From Escherichia phage vB_EcoM_LNA4: 64,000 nt of DNA. The stretch lies in sequence record MZ311864.1; one strand, 5' to 3'. Below the pieces are notes generated by a model that was not told where the DNA came from, did no database searches, and worked only from the letters and a program-made list of their open reading frames with translations. Of this stretch, positions 9,267-17,323 are shown piece by piece; the first letter of the stretch is position 1; every line of letters begins with the position of its first letter. Position numbers and translations under genes: made by a program.

Positions 9267-9740
9267 ATGAATACAGCTATCCTAACACCGTATGCTTACG
9301 ACCCTAAAAAAGTCAAGCTATACCTGATGACTCAGCGTGTTACTGGATTTGCCGCAGATACCAAGATCGTCGTTGCTCGTAACGAAGATAACATCATCCC
9401 CCACATGGGGGTTGATGGTGAGCTATCCGCTGCACTGTCCCGTAACCAATCTGGTGTTATGACAGTTTCCCTCCAGAACACCGCTTCTTGGAACGGAAAC
9501 TTCGCAAACTGGCAGAAACAAGCCTCCATCACCGGGCTGATCTTCTTCCCTGTCCTTCTTGAAGGTTCTCAGGGTATGGGTCTCAGCACTATCGGTTGGA
9601 TTCAGAAACAACCAGACCTGACCTACGGTACAGAAGTGGGCCAGATGGACTGGGAAATCGGTATCCTCGACGCTTGGTTAAGCCCAGATACTCTGTCTTC
9701 CGCAGGCTTCGGTCTTGCTGGTCTTGCAGGTATCGTATAA
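9267..9740 (+). CDS. tail tube protein
   Basis: 157 aa ORF immediately after sheath gene, GGAG RBS. Confidence 0.55.
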   Translation: MNTAILTPYAYDPKKVKLYLMTQRVTGFAADTKIVVARNEDNIIPHMGVDGELSAALSRNQSGVMTVSLQNTASWNGNFANWQKQASITGLIFFPVLLEGSQGMGLSTIGWIQKQPDLTYGTEVGQMDWEIGILDAWLSPDTLSSAGFGLAGLAGIV

Positions 9741-9815
9741 GTGTTTCGTGTGCCACATGGACGTGGCCTTTCACACACGTAAGGATCTCTCAATCTCAAA
9801 GACGCAGGAGCGTAC

Positions 9816-10289
9816 ATGAATATCAGACCAACAACTGAAATCGACCTCGCAGGTCACAACTTTGTTATCACGCACTGGTCTCCTTCCAAGGTTATGAAAA
9901 ACCTTCCGAAGATCGGTCGTTATGTAGCAGTCCCTATGGCAACCATCTCTGGTTCCATGATGACTGGAGGCCAGAACCTATCTGACGCCCTCCCAACTGC
10001 TATTCTATACCTCTTTGAACAGATGGAGCAAGATGATATCGAAAAACTTTTCGCATTGATTCTTGAGGATGTATCCGTTGATGGTATGGCGGGTAAAGTA
10101 GATATTGACGCTCTGTTCCAAGATAAAATGTTAGACCTCATTAAGCTTGTTGCTAAAGTTCTGGAGATTAACTACGGCTGTTTTTTCACGAAAGACGGTT
10201 TCGCAGACCTTCAGGGACTTCTGGGACGCCTGGGACAGACCCATCAAGTGAATACGGTGGATCAGGCGACGGAAGTGGCAGCGGAGTAA
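9816..10289 (+). CDS. tail assembly chaperone (G-like, zero-frame product)
   Basis: 157 aa ORF just upstream of tape measure gene; contains slippery heptamer near 3' end. Confidence 0.6.
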   Translation: MNIRPTTEIDLAGHNFVITHWSPSKVMKNLPKIGRYVAVPMATISGSMMTGGQNLSDALPTAILYLFEQMEQDDIEKLFALILEDVSVDGMAGKVDIDALFQDKMLDLIKLVAKVLEINYGCFFTKDGFADLQGLLGRLGQTHQVNTVDQATEVAAE

Positions 10290-10567
10290 CACCGTCCAAA
10301 ATTTCGAAAGTCGTCCTGAGAGCTATGGAGTATGCAAAGAAAAATAGCTCACTGACTTGGTTCGATTACTTGTGGTGTCGTGCTCTGAAAAATTTCAAAG
10401 GGGAATCTTATATGTCCCTTGAACATGCGGATATGGCCTATCTGCTCAGGCTGAATGAATTTCTTGATGTGGAAGAGTTTGTCAACGATGTCCACGAGAG
10501 AGAGGAAGATAGTAAAGCAAAAGCTGCTCAAGCCGCTAACAAGCCGCGCCGTGGTAGAAGAGGTTAA
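10172..10567 (+). CDS. -1 frame extension of tail assembly chaperone (GT-like fusion product, about 250 aa)
   Basis: Frame is open 150 nt upstream of its first ATG (10325), overlapping the chaperone 3' end; ATG at 10325 lacks a good RBS. Confidence 0.5.
   Translation, partial: LRLFFHERRFRRPSGTSGTPGTDPSSEYGGSGDGSGSGVTPSKISKVVLRAMEYAKKNSSLTWFDYLWCRALKNFKGESYMSLEHADMAYLLRLNEFLDVEEFVNDVHEREEDSKAKAAQAANKPRRGRRG
10181..10187 (+). other. candidate -1 programmed ribosomal frameshift slippery site T_TTT_TTC
   Basis: X_XXY_YYZ heptamer in frame 0 of chaperone gene; -1 frame open from 10172 to 10567. Confidence 0.5.
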
Positions 10568-10570
10568 TCT

Positions 10571-10609
10571 CAAGCCGGGTTCCTTTTCGGGAACCTGGCT
10601 TTTTTATTG
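10571..10609 (+). terminator. rho-independent terminator
   Basis: aagccgggttcc-ttttc-gggaacctggctt hairpin followed by tttttatt. Confidence 0.7.
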
Positions 10610-10620
10610 AGAGGAAATCA

Positions 10621-13014
10621 ATGGCGAACATTATTGTTACCCAGACAGTCAACAAGGTTGTTTGGGATGTTGATAAGACATCCTACGGACGCGCTCTGAA
10701 AGCCGTCAAGTCTTTGAAGACAGAATGGGAAAAAGCTGGTAAGGCGTTCTCTGCCAGCAAGTCCGACCCCGCAGCAGCACTAAAGCGTTCAGCAATGCAA
10801 GCTCGCCTTGTCAACAAAAGACTGCAACAGACTGAACGTGCTGAACAAGCAAAGACCACAGCCCACAATATCGCGATGGCGAAGAAAGAGGCTCGTGCTC
10901 GTGAAGCAATTGATAAGATCCAAAGAGCACGTAGGAAACAAGCTGTAGCCCAGCTTACAGCAAAACGCTCACCAGAGTCTCAGGCTGATTATAATGGACT
11001 AAAAGCTCGTCTGCGTCAAATGGAAAAAACAGGGGGTGGTTACGGTACTAATCCTGCAATTTCCGCTGCACGTCAAGCTGCACTGCAAGAAGAACTGGCT
11101 CGCCGTTCTAAATCAGGAAACGCTTCAGGTATGGTTGGTAGTGGTACTGCCTCTGATCCGGCACTGATTGCTCGTCAAAACCGTGCAATGCAACAGCAGG
11201 TCCAGCGTCAACAGCAGAAAGCATCCAGAGAGCAACTTCGTGCTCGTGAACAAGCTCGTAAGAAACAAGAGGCAGAAGACCTTCGTTACTCTCGTTATCT
11301 TGCAGGTAAAGAATCTACCGTAGCCAACGCTGCTGTACGTCTTCGTGCAAAATATGGTGATAACTACGCAACGAAACTCAAGGGTTTCGACTCCTTGAAA
11401 GAAAGATTCCTTGACAGCAACACAATGAAGTCTTCTAACTTCCGTGCTGAACTTGCTGCTATGGAGACCGGGCTTCGTAAAGCAAATCAGAACACCCTCT
11501 CCCTGACAGATGGGCTGAAGAACCTGCGTAGCACACTAGTCAGTGTCACTGCTGCTTACGGAGCATTCAACGCTGCTGCAAGTGTTGTAAGAACAGGTCA
11601 GTTCTTCCAGGGTATGGAGGCCACTATGTTGATGGTTTCTGATAACTCAGAGGAGGCTGGTAAGCGCATGAAGTTTGTCCGTGACCAGTCCTACCGTTTA
11701 GGTCTTGATCTTAAGGTAGCGGCACAGGGTTACACGCAGATGGCTATCGCTGCTGACGGTGTTCTGAGTAAATCACAGAACGATGAGTTGTTCAAGTCTT
11801 TCTCTGAGTATGCAACAGCCCTACAGGTTGACCCGGTTAAATACCAACGTGGTATTACCGCGATTCAACAGATGATGGGTAAGGGTCAGATCATGGCTGA
11901 AGAACTTAAGCAACAACTTGCGGAAGGTATTCCGGGTTCTTTACAGGTGTTCATTAAGGCTTCTCAAGAAGCATTCAATGACTCCACCATCGACGTAACC
12001 AAGATGCTCGACATGATGCAGAAGGGTGAGTTGAAGGCTGCTAAAGTTCTACCGTTCGTTGCCAAGTATTACTCTCAAGCTGCAAATAAGGGTGGCGCTC
12101 TACAGACCGCTCTGAAAGGTAACCGTGTTGCAATGCAGCGCCTGACGCTGACATGGATGGACTTCCAGAACAAGGTGTTTGCAAGTGGTTTTGGTGACTC
12201 ATTAACTGAAGCTTTCAACGAACTCTCAAAAATTCTTGACTCCAACGGGCCTTTGGCTCAGAATCTGGGTCAATTCTTCAAGGGGTTCACTGATGGGTTC
12301 ATGTTTATGGTCTACACTGTCTACAACACCTTTGTCCTCATCCAGGGGATCATGGAGCGCTACATCCCGATCTTCCGTAAAAACGGTGAAGAACTTTCCT
12401 CTGCATGGAAATGGGTTGGATGGGGTCTTGGTGCTCTGTTCTTTGCTTCTGCACTTTTCCGTGTGTTCAACATTCTATCCAAAATTGCTGGCCTTTCCGG
12501 AGCACTCGGCTTCCTGAAGACCATCTTTGGTGGCCCTGATGATGAGGAAGGCGGTGGCGGCGATGGTAAGAACAAGAATCGTAAAGGCCCTCGTTTCGGT
12601 AAGTTTGGTAAGGCTGCTCGCTGGTTTGGTCTTTACGGACTAATTGCCGGGGAGAGTATGCTTGCTGGTGATTGGGTGTTCGACCAAGCCCAGGACTACA
12701 GCGACAAGACCTACGGAACTGAGACCACCGCAGGTGGTAACCTTAAGAAAAACTCTTGGATGGGTCAGACGTGGGACTTCATCACAGGACAGAGATCAAT
12801 GACTGACCAGCGCAGACTTGATTATCTGAACCAGAATGGTATGGTTCCTGGACCAGCAGGGGCAGCAACACCTCCGATGGTCATTCCGACAGAACCTGTT
12901 AACGGTGAGATTACGATCAAAATCGACGCAGGCGAAATGAAGAACATGATTGACCAGCAGATTGAAGCTGCGAACATGGGTAACATCAACCTAATCCTTG
13001 GTGTTCCTCAATAA
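10621..13014 (+). CDS. tail tape measure protein
   Basis: 797 aa; Ala/Gln/Arg-rich coiled-coil N-terminus, hydrophobic Gly-rich segment, position after chaperone pair. Confidence 0.8.
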   Translation: MANIIVTQTVNKVVWDVDKTSYGRALKAVKSLKTEWEKAGKAFSASKSDPAAALKRSAMQARLVNKRLQQTERAEQAKTTAHNIAMAKKEARAREAIDKIQRARRKQAVAQLTAKRSPESQADYNGLKARLRQMEKTGGGYGTNPAISAARQAALQEELARRSKSGNASGMVGSGTASDPALIARQNRAMQQQVQRQQQKASREQLRAREQARKKQEAEDLRYSRYLAGKESTVANAAVRLRAKYGDNYATKLKGFDSLKERFLDSNTMKSSNFRAELAAMETGLRKANQNTLSLTDGLKNLRSTLVSVTAAYGAFNAAASVVRTGQFFQGMEATMLMVSDNSEEAGKRMKFVRDQSYRLGLDLKVAAQGYTQMAIAADGVLSKSQNDELFKSFSEYATALQVDPVKYQRGITAIQQMMGKGQIMAEELKQQLAEGIPGSLQVFIKASQEAFNDSTIDVTKMLDMMQKGELKAAKVLPFVAKYYSQAANKGGALQTALKGNRVAMQRLTLTWMDFQNKVFASGFGDSLTEAFNELSKILDSNGPLAQNLGQFFKGFTDGFMFMVYTVYNTFVLIQGIMERYIPIFRKNGEELSSAWKWVGWGLGALFFASALFRVFNILSKIAGLSGALGFLKTIFGGPDDEEGGGGDGKNKNRKGPRFGKFGKAARWFGLYGLIAGESMLAGDWVFDQAQDYSDKTYGTETTAGGNLKKNSWMGQTWDFITGQRSMTDQRRLDYLNQNGMVPGPAGAATPPMVIPTEPVNGEITIKIDAGEMKNMIDQQIEAANMGNINLILGVPQ

Positions 13015-13017
13015 TTT

Positions 13018-13043
13018 AAAGGGGCTTCGGCCCCTTTTTTATT
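13018..13043 (+). terminator. rho-independent terminator (GGGGC-UUCG-GCCCC)
   Basis: Perfect hairpin followed by tttttt. Confidence 0.8.
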
Positions 13044-13070
13044 GTTTTATCTCAAGATTTATGATAAAAT
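13043..13070 (+). promoter_or_regulatory. sigma70-like promoter candidate (TTGTTT-N16-TAAAAT with TGa extension)
   Basis: Motif tatgataaaat shared with the promoter candidate at 22299. Confidence 0.45.
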
Positions 13071-13095
13071 CGTAACATGTATAATGGGAGGACTT

Positions 13096-13968
13096 ATGGC
13101 ATTTGTATCCAACAACCAGTCCAAACCGCAACAGGGCAAGGCCACGGCTAACGTCGAGAAAAAGGTCAGTACAGCCCAGGAAGCCAGCGGTGAGGTGCAA
13201 TATACGCTCTTCGCCAGTGGTCTTAACTACGGCGGTAGAAACGTAGAGCTAAAGGACAAAAACTACACCAACGACCTCGCGATCATTTTCGACGTTGTTG
13301 AACAACACTCTTACACACGCACAGTTGATAAGACATCGTATGCTGTTGAAGAAAAGGTAAAATTCAGTGACCACGGTGTTATTGAGGATGGTAAATTCTC
13401 TTTCAGTGCCAGAGTTAACTCATCTCCTGTTTACCTGATCGAAAACAACTACCTTGACAAAGATACTGACGATCAAAACCCGGTTGCATCTCGTCGTCCA
13501 GAGAAGGCTCTGGAGATCCTTGAGAGACTGATTACTGACCGTCAGATTGTTACCCTTGTCACTGAAGACAAAATCATTGAGAACTATATCCTTACCTCGA
13601 TGGAGGCCGCTCGCAGCAACTCTGATGGTGCTGCTCTGGTATTCCAGCTTGAATTTACAGAGTTCCGTACATTCACCCTCGGTAAGACAGCCCTCGCAAC
13701 GGTGTACTCAGACCCTAAAAAGTCTGGTGGTAAGACCAAGCAGAAGGGTTCTCAACAATCTTCAGCAACAGACAACGAGGTTGAAGTAACAGCCCGACGC
13801 ACTAACTTTGCAGGCCCAAACAAAGATGGCTGGCAGAAGATTGCAGAGGGAATGGACTCAGGCAACTTCACCAAACAAGACCAGGTTATCGGCACACTTA
13901 CCCCGGATGGTAAAATCCGTGGTGCTGACGGGTCTATCATGGACTACAACAAAGCAGTGGGGAACTAA
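13096..13968 (+). CDS. tail/baseplate-associated protein
   Basis: ATG at 13096 with GGGAGG RBS preferred over ATG at 13042, which would overlap the promoter. Confidence 0.5.
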   Translation: MAFVSNNQSKPQQGKATANVEKKVSTAQEASGEVQYTLFASGLNYGGRNVELKDKNYTNDLAIIFDVVEQHSYTRTVDKTSYAVEEKVKFSDHGVIEDGKFSFSARVNSSPVYLIENNYLDKDTDDQNPVASRRPEKALEILERLITDRQIVTLVTEDKIIENYILTSMEAARSNSDGAALVFQLEFTEFRTFTLGKTALATVYSDPKKSGGKTKQKGSQQSSATDNEVEVTARRTNFAGPNKDGWQKIAEGMDSGNFTKQDQVIGTLTPDGKIRGADGSIMDYNKAVGN

Positions 13969-14318
13969 TGTCAGCTATTACTTTCTCATGGGACATTGAC
14001 GGGTTCGCTGACCAGACCATGCGTGTGGTTCTGGACAGTCAGACCTATGAAATGCGCTTCCAATGGAACGAGCGAGATGAGTCTTGGCTCGTTTCCTTTG
14101 GTGATGTTGGTCAAACGCCAACAATCTCTTTTAAACTCACAACAATTTTCGACATCTTTGCCCCTTTTAAATATCTGGAGAACATCCCCTCCGGGCAACT
14201 GCGTGTCTTTTCTTTTACACAGTCAACCAAACGCGTTGGTAGATACAATATCGGATTCCTGTCTGACTTGCAACTCCTTTATTCATCTCCTGACGAAGAG
14301 TTAACTGGCGAGGAGTAA
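13968..14318 (+). CDS. hypothetical tail/baseplate protein
   Basis: 116 aa ORF, start overlaps upstream stop. Confidence 0.5.
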   Translation: MSAITFSWDIDGFADQTMRVVLDSQTYEMRFQWNERDESWLVSFGDVGQTPTISFKLTTIFDIFAPFKYLENIPSGQLRVFSFTQSTKRVGRYNIGFLSDLQLLYSSPDEELTGEE

Positions 14319-14320
14319 TC

Positions 14321-15310
14321 ATGCCTTCTTACAGAACACGAACATTCAAACTCACAATCGGCAAGCCCGTGTACATCGGGCAAAAGCCGACTAACATCTC
14401 TGACTACACCAACCAAAACACGAAAGATGCGTATGTCGTTAGTAATGAAACTGGCGCTGCAAACATCGAGTTTGAGGTGAAGAAAGATAACTCAAAAGAC
14501 CCTAACAAGGGGTATGTTACCCTTTACAACCTGTCTGATGAAACAGTAAGTTATCTCGATGCTAACCAGCGTGAGTCAATTGCCATTGTTCTGGAGGCAG
14601 GTTTTGATGGGGAAAACCAGACAATCTTTTCCGGGACAGTTGAATTTGTTCAGGATAAGTGGGATGGTCATACTCGCCAGACGAAGATGATCCTTGGTGA
14701 TGCAACGACCAACATTATGACGGCTAAGACTGCGAGATCTTACAAGAAGGGTACACCTATGGACACGGTGCTTAATGACCTTATTTCCGACTTGAAACTC
14801 CCTATTGGTAAGGTGGTTAAGTTCGGTAATCAAACTCTCCAGCAGTCAATGGCTTTTACCGGGAACGCTGCAAACAACCTTGAACGCTTGGCAAAGAACA
14901 CAGGTTCTACTTTCAGCGTTCAGGACGGTGCTGTGTATTGGACCACACAGGGGAAGCGTTTCCGTAATGCTGTTTTTGAAATCAGCGCGGAATCTGGGAT
15001 GCACGACTCACCAACCCCACAAAACCCGGAACCAGCAAAGCGCCGTCTTGAGAAAAAGAAGAAGTCTAAGAGCAAGCCAAAGACTAATAAGGGTCCTAGC
15101 CGTGCTGAGATCAAGGAAGACGCAGGTCTTGTTGTGGTAACAGAACTGAACGGTGCGATCATTCCTGAAAGCACGATCTATTTAAAAAGCCAGAAGTACA
15201 CAGGCTTCTACAAGGTAGTTTATCTTACCCATAAAGGCCAACTTGAAGGTGGTGATTGGGTGTCTGAAATCGGCCTTGCTGAAACCCGTGGCGGCATTGT
15301 GGAGGAATAA
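14321..15310 (+). CDS. putative baseplate hub protein
   Basis: 329 aa ORF in baseplate block; Lys-rich segment; assignment by position only. Confidence 0.45.
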   Translation: MPSYRTRTFKLTIGKPVYIGQKPTNISDYTNQNTKDAYVVSNETGAANIEFEVKKDNSKDPNKGYVTLYNLSDETVSYLDANQRESIAIVLEAGFDGENQTIFSGTVEFVQDKWDGHTRQTKMILGDATTNIMTAKTARSYKKGTPMDTVLNDLISDLKLPIGKVVKFGNQTLQQSMAFTGNAANNLERLAKNTGSTFSVQDGAVYWTTQGKRFRNAVFEISAESGMHDSPTPQNPEPAKRRLEKKKKSKSKPKTNKGPSRAEIKEDAGLVVVTELNGAIIPESTIYLKSQKYTGFYKVVYLTHKGQLEGGDWVSEIGLAETRGGIVEE

Positions 15311-16011
15311 TGGCATCAATTCAACGTATGGATGCTGCACTAAACCAATGGTTTGCTCGTCAGGCTCGTGATATCCACACAGGCCTGAGAGCCAGGGTTG
15401 TGGATGTGGATTATAATGTACCATCAGCAACCGTACAACCACTGGCTTCAACTAACTTCGATGATGGCACCGTAGACGCTTATCCTGCTGTTTTTGACGT
15501 CCCCCTGTCCATGCCTTCGGCTAACGGGGGAAAGGCTCGCCTGACGCTTCCTGTGAAGCCTGGTGATGTTGTAGGACTATCATTCTCTGAACGTAATGAG
15601 GGTGATGCAAATGACACGACAACCCACGGACTTTTTCCTGGTTGGTCAATCATTGGTGTACACAGTGATGGAAACGCGATGACCATTCACCCGGACAACG
15701 TGGAGTTATGGAACGACACTGTTCATTTCTCAATGACTCCGGAGGGGGACTTTACTTTAACAGGTCCACAAGGGACTTTCAAGGTAGATAAATCTGGTCA
15801 AATGCAATTCACAAACGGTGCTGCAACCTTGACAGCAAAGAGTGATGGGAATATCGAAATGAATGGTGCAAAGATCACCCCTGACGGGAACTTAATCACC
15901 GCCCGTGGTGTTAACATGAACGATTTCTATGATTACTTCATGCGACACACCCACCACTACACCTGGACGGACGGCTCTGGTCAGAGCGATACTGCCCGAC
16001 CTAACGCATAA
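15310..16011 (+). CDS. putative baseplate spike/assembly protein
   Basis: 233 aa ORF preceding the gp25-like gene. Confidence 0.4.
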   Translation: MASIQRMDAALNQWFARQARDIHTGLRARVVDVDYNVPSATVQPLASTNFDDGTVDAYPAVFDVPLSMPSANGGKARLTLPVKPGDVVGLSFSERNEGDANDTTTHGLFPGWSIIGVHSDGNAMTIHPDNVELWNDTVHFSMTPEGDFTLTGPQGTFKVDKSGQMQFTNGAATLTAKSDGNIEMNGAKITPDGNLITARGVNMNDFYDYFMRHTHHYTWTDGSGQSDTARPNA

Positions 16012-16020
16012 GGGGAATAA

Positions 16021-16638
16021 ATGGCAACTCTTTATTCTGACCTTCTAATGGACCCGGTTACTGGAGACCTTGATGTCTCCACGGGTCTTCAGATCATTGA
16101 GTCCAACCAGACAAGCCTCCGTCAAAGACTATGGCTTCGCTTCAACATCTGGGCTGGAAACTGGTATTTCGATGAGACTTTTGGTTTCCCATACCGAACA
16201 TATCTGAGCAAGAAGGTAATGAAAACTGTCCTTGACAACAAGATCAAGGAAGTGACCCGTCTTGAGCCTGACGTGCTTGAGATCACCTCATTCCACTCTT
16301 CAATGGATCGTACAACACGTAGTTACCAGGCCTTCTTCGAAGTAACAACTAAAGAGCAAGAGGTTGTAAGACTTGCTTTCGTAGGGCAGGATGAGTATTA
16401 TTACCCAATCCCTGATGAAGGTGCAACGGTTCTTTGTGACGACGATGGTTGGATTACGTGGGCTAACAAGCTTTACTACCTGATCAACTTCCGTCTGCCT
16501 CGCACTGGCGATGCTACATGGTGGAACACTTGGGCTGGTACGGATATTGATAACCCAATTCCGGTCGGTAGCCTGATGGATGACAAGAACAACGTCATCA
16601 CCACTGAAGATGGCAAGTCCATTAACCGTAACCACTAA
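16021..16638 (+). CDS. baseplate wedge protein (gp25/W-like)
   Basis: N-terminal pattern GDLDVSTGLQIIESNQTSLRQRLWLRFNIWAGNWYFDETFGFPY resembles gp25/W-family baseplate proteins. Confidence 0.5.
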   Translation: MATLYSDLLMDPVTGDLDVSTGLQIIESNQTSLRQRLWLRFNIWAGNWYFDETFGFPYRTYLSKKVMKTVLDNKIKEVTRLEPDVLEITSFHSSMDRTTRSYQAFFEVTTKEQEVVRLAFVGQDEYYYPIPDEGATVLCDDDGWITWANKLYYLINFRLPRTGDATWWNTWAGTDIDNPIPVGSLMDDKNNVITTEDGKSINRNH

Positions 16639-16648
16639 GGGGTAAATA

Positions 16649-17323
16649 ATGGCAGATGTTGCATTTCCAACAGTGAAGGTCTCTGACCTTCCTACTGCCG
16701 TCACCGTTTCCGGTGGCGATTTTGTTGTTACCGATCAGTCAGACACAACCAGAAAAGCTTCGCTGGACACAATTGTTTCCAAAATGAGCTTGACAAGAGT
16801 TGTGTTTTTTGCTGAGGGGGGTTATCTTGAGTCCAAAAAAGACCTCGCCTTCTTCGCAACTGATGGAAAATATTACACATGGAATGGGACTTACCCGAAG
16901 ACAATTCCAATGTCTTCATCCCCTGCGACAACCGGGGGAATTAGTTCTAATGCTTGGCAAGAGTTTGGTGCAAGTGGTGGAGGTAGCTCTACAGGTAAGG
17001 TTGTTAATTTAGGGAGCGTCCAGGGGACTGCAACCTGTAACCTTTCTCTTGGAGATACTTTCGTTGCTAATCTTACCTCCGGGCAGTGTGTGGTTGGTAT
17101 CACCAACCCATCTACCGCCCAAGGTATTTCCCAGACTTTCCAGTTATCTTTGACCCAAGGGACAGGTGCAAATCTCGTTTCATGGCCTAGTAACATTAAG
17201 TGGAACTATGGGCGAGAGCCAGTTCTTTCATACAAAACCGGAGTACGAGACATCTTCCAGTTCGTCACCTATGACGGGGGGAATACGTGGTTCGGCTCCC
17301 TCATTATGGCAGGAGTTGAGTAA
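16649..17323 (+). CDS. tailspike N-terminal anchor-domain protein
   Basis: First ~100 aa homologous to N-terminus of the 20122 tailspike (PTVKVSDLPTA...GDFVVTDQSD.TRK...WNGTYPK). Confidence 0.55.
   Translation: MADVAFPTVKVSDLPTAVTVSGGDFVVTDQSDTTRKASLDTIVSKMSLTRVVFFAEGGYLESKKDLAFFATDGKYYTWNGTYPKTIPMSSSPATTGGISSNAWQEFGASGGGSSTGKVVNLGSVQGTATCNLSLGDTFVANLTSGQCVVGITNPSTAQGISQTFQLSLTQGTGANLVSWPSNIKWNYGREPVLSYKTGVRDIFQFVTYDGGNTWFGSLIMAGVE

Noticed and set aside
13042-13095. ATG at 13042 as start of the post-tape-measure gene
   Set aside because: It would overlap the terminator and promoter candidate; ATG at 13096 follows GGGAGG.
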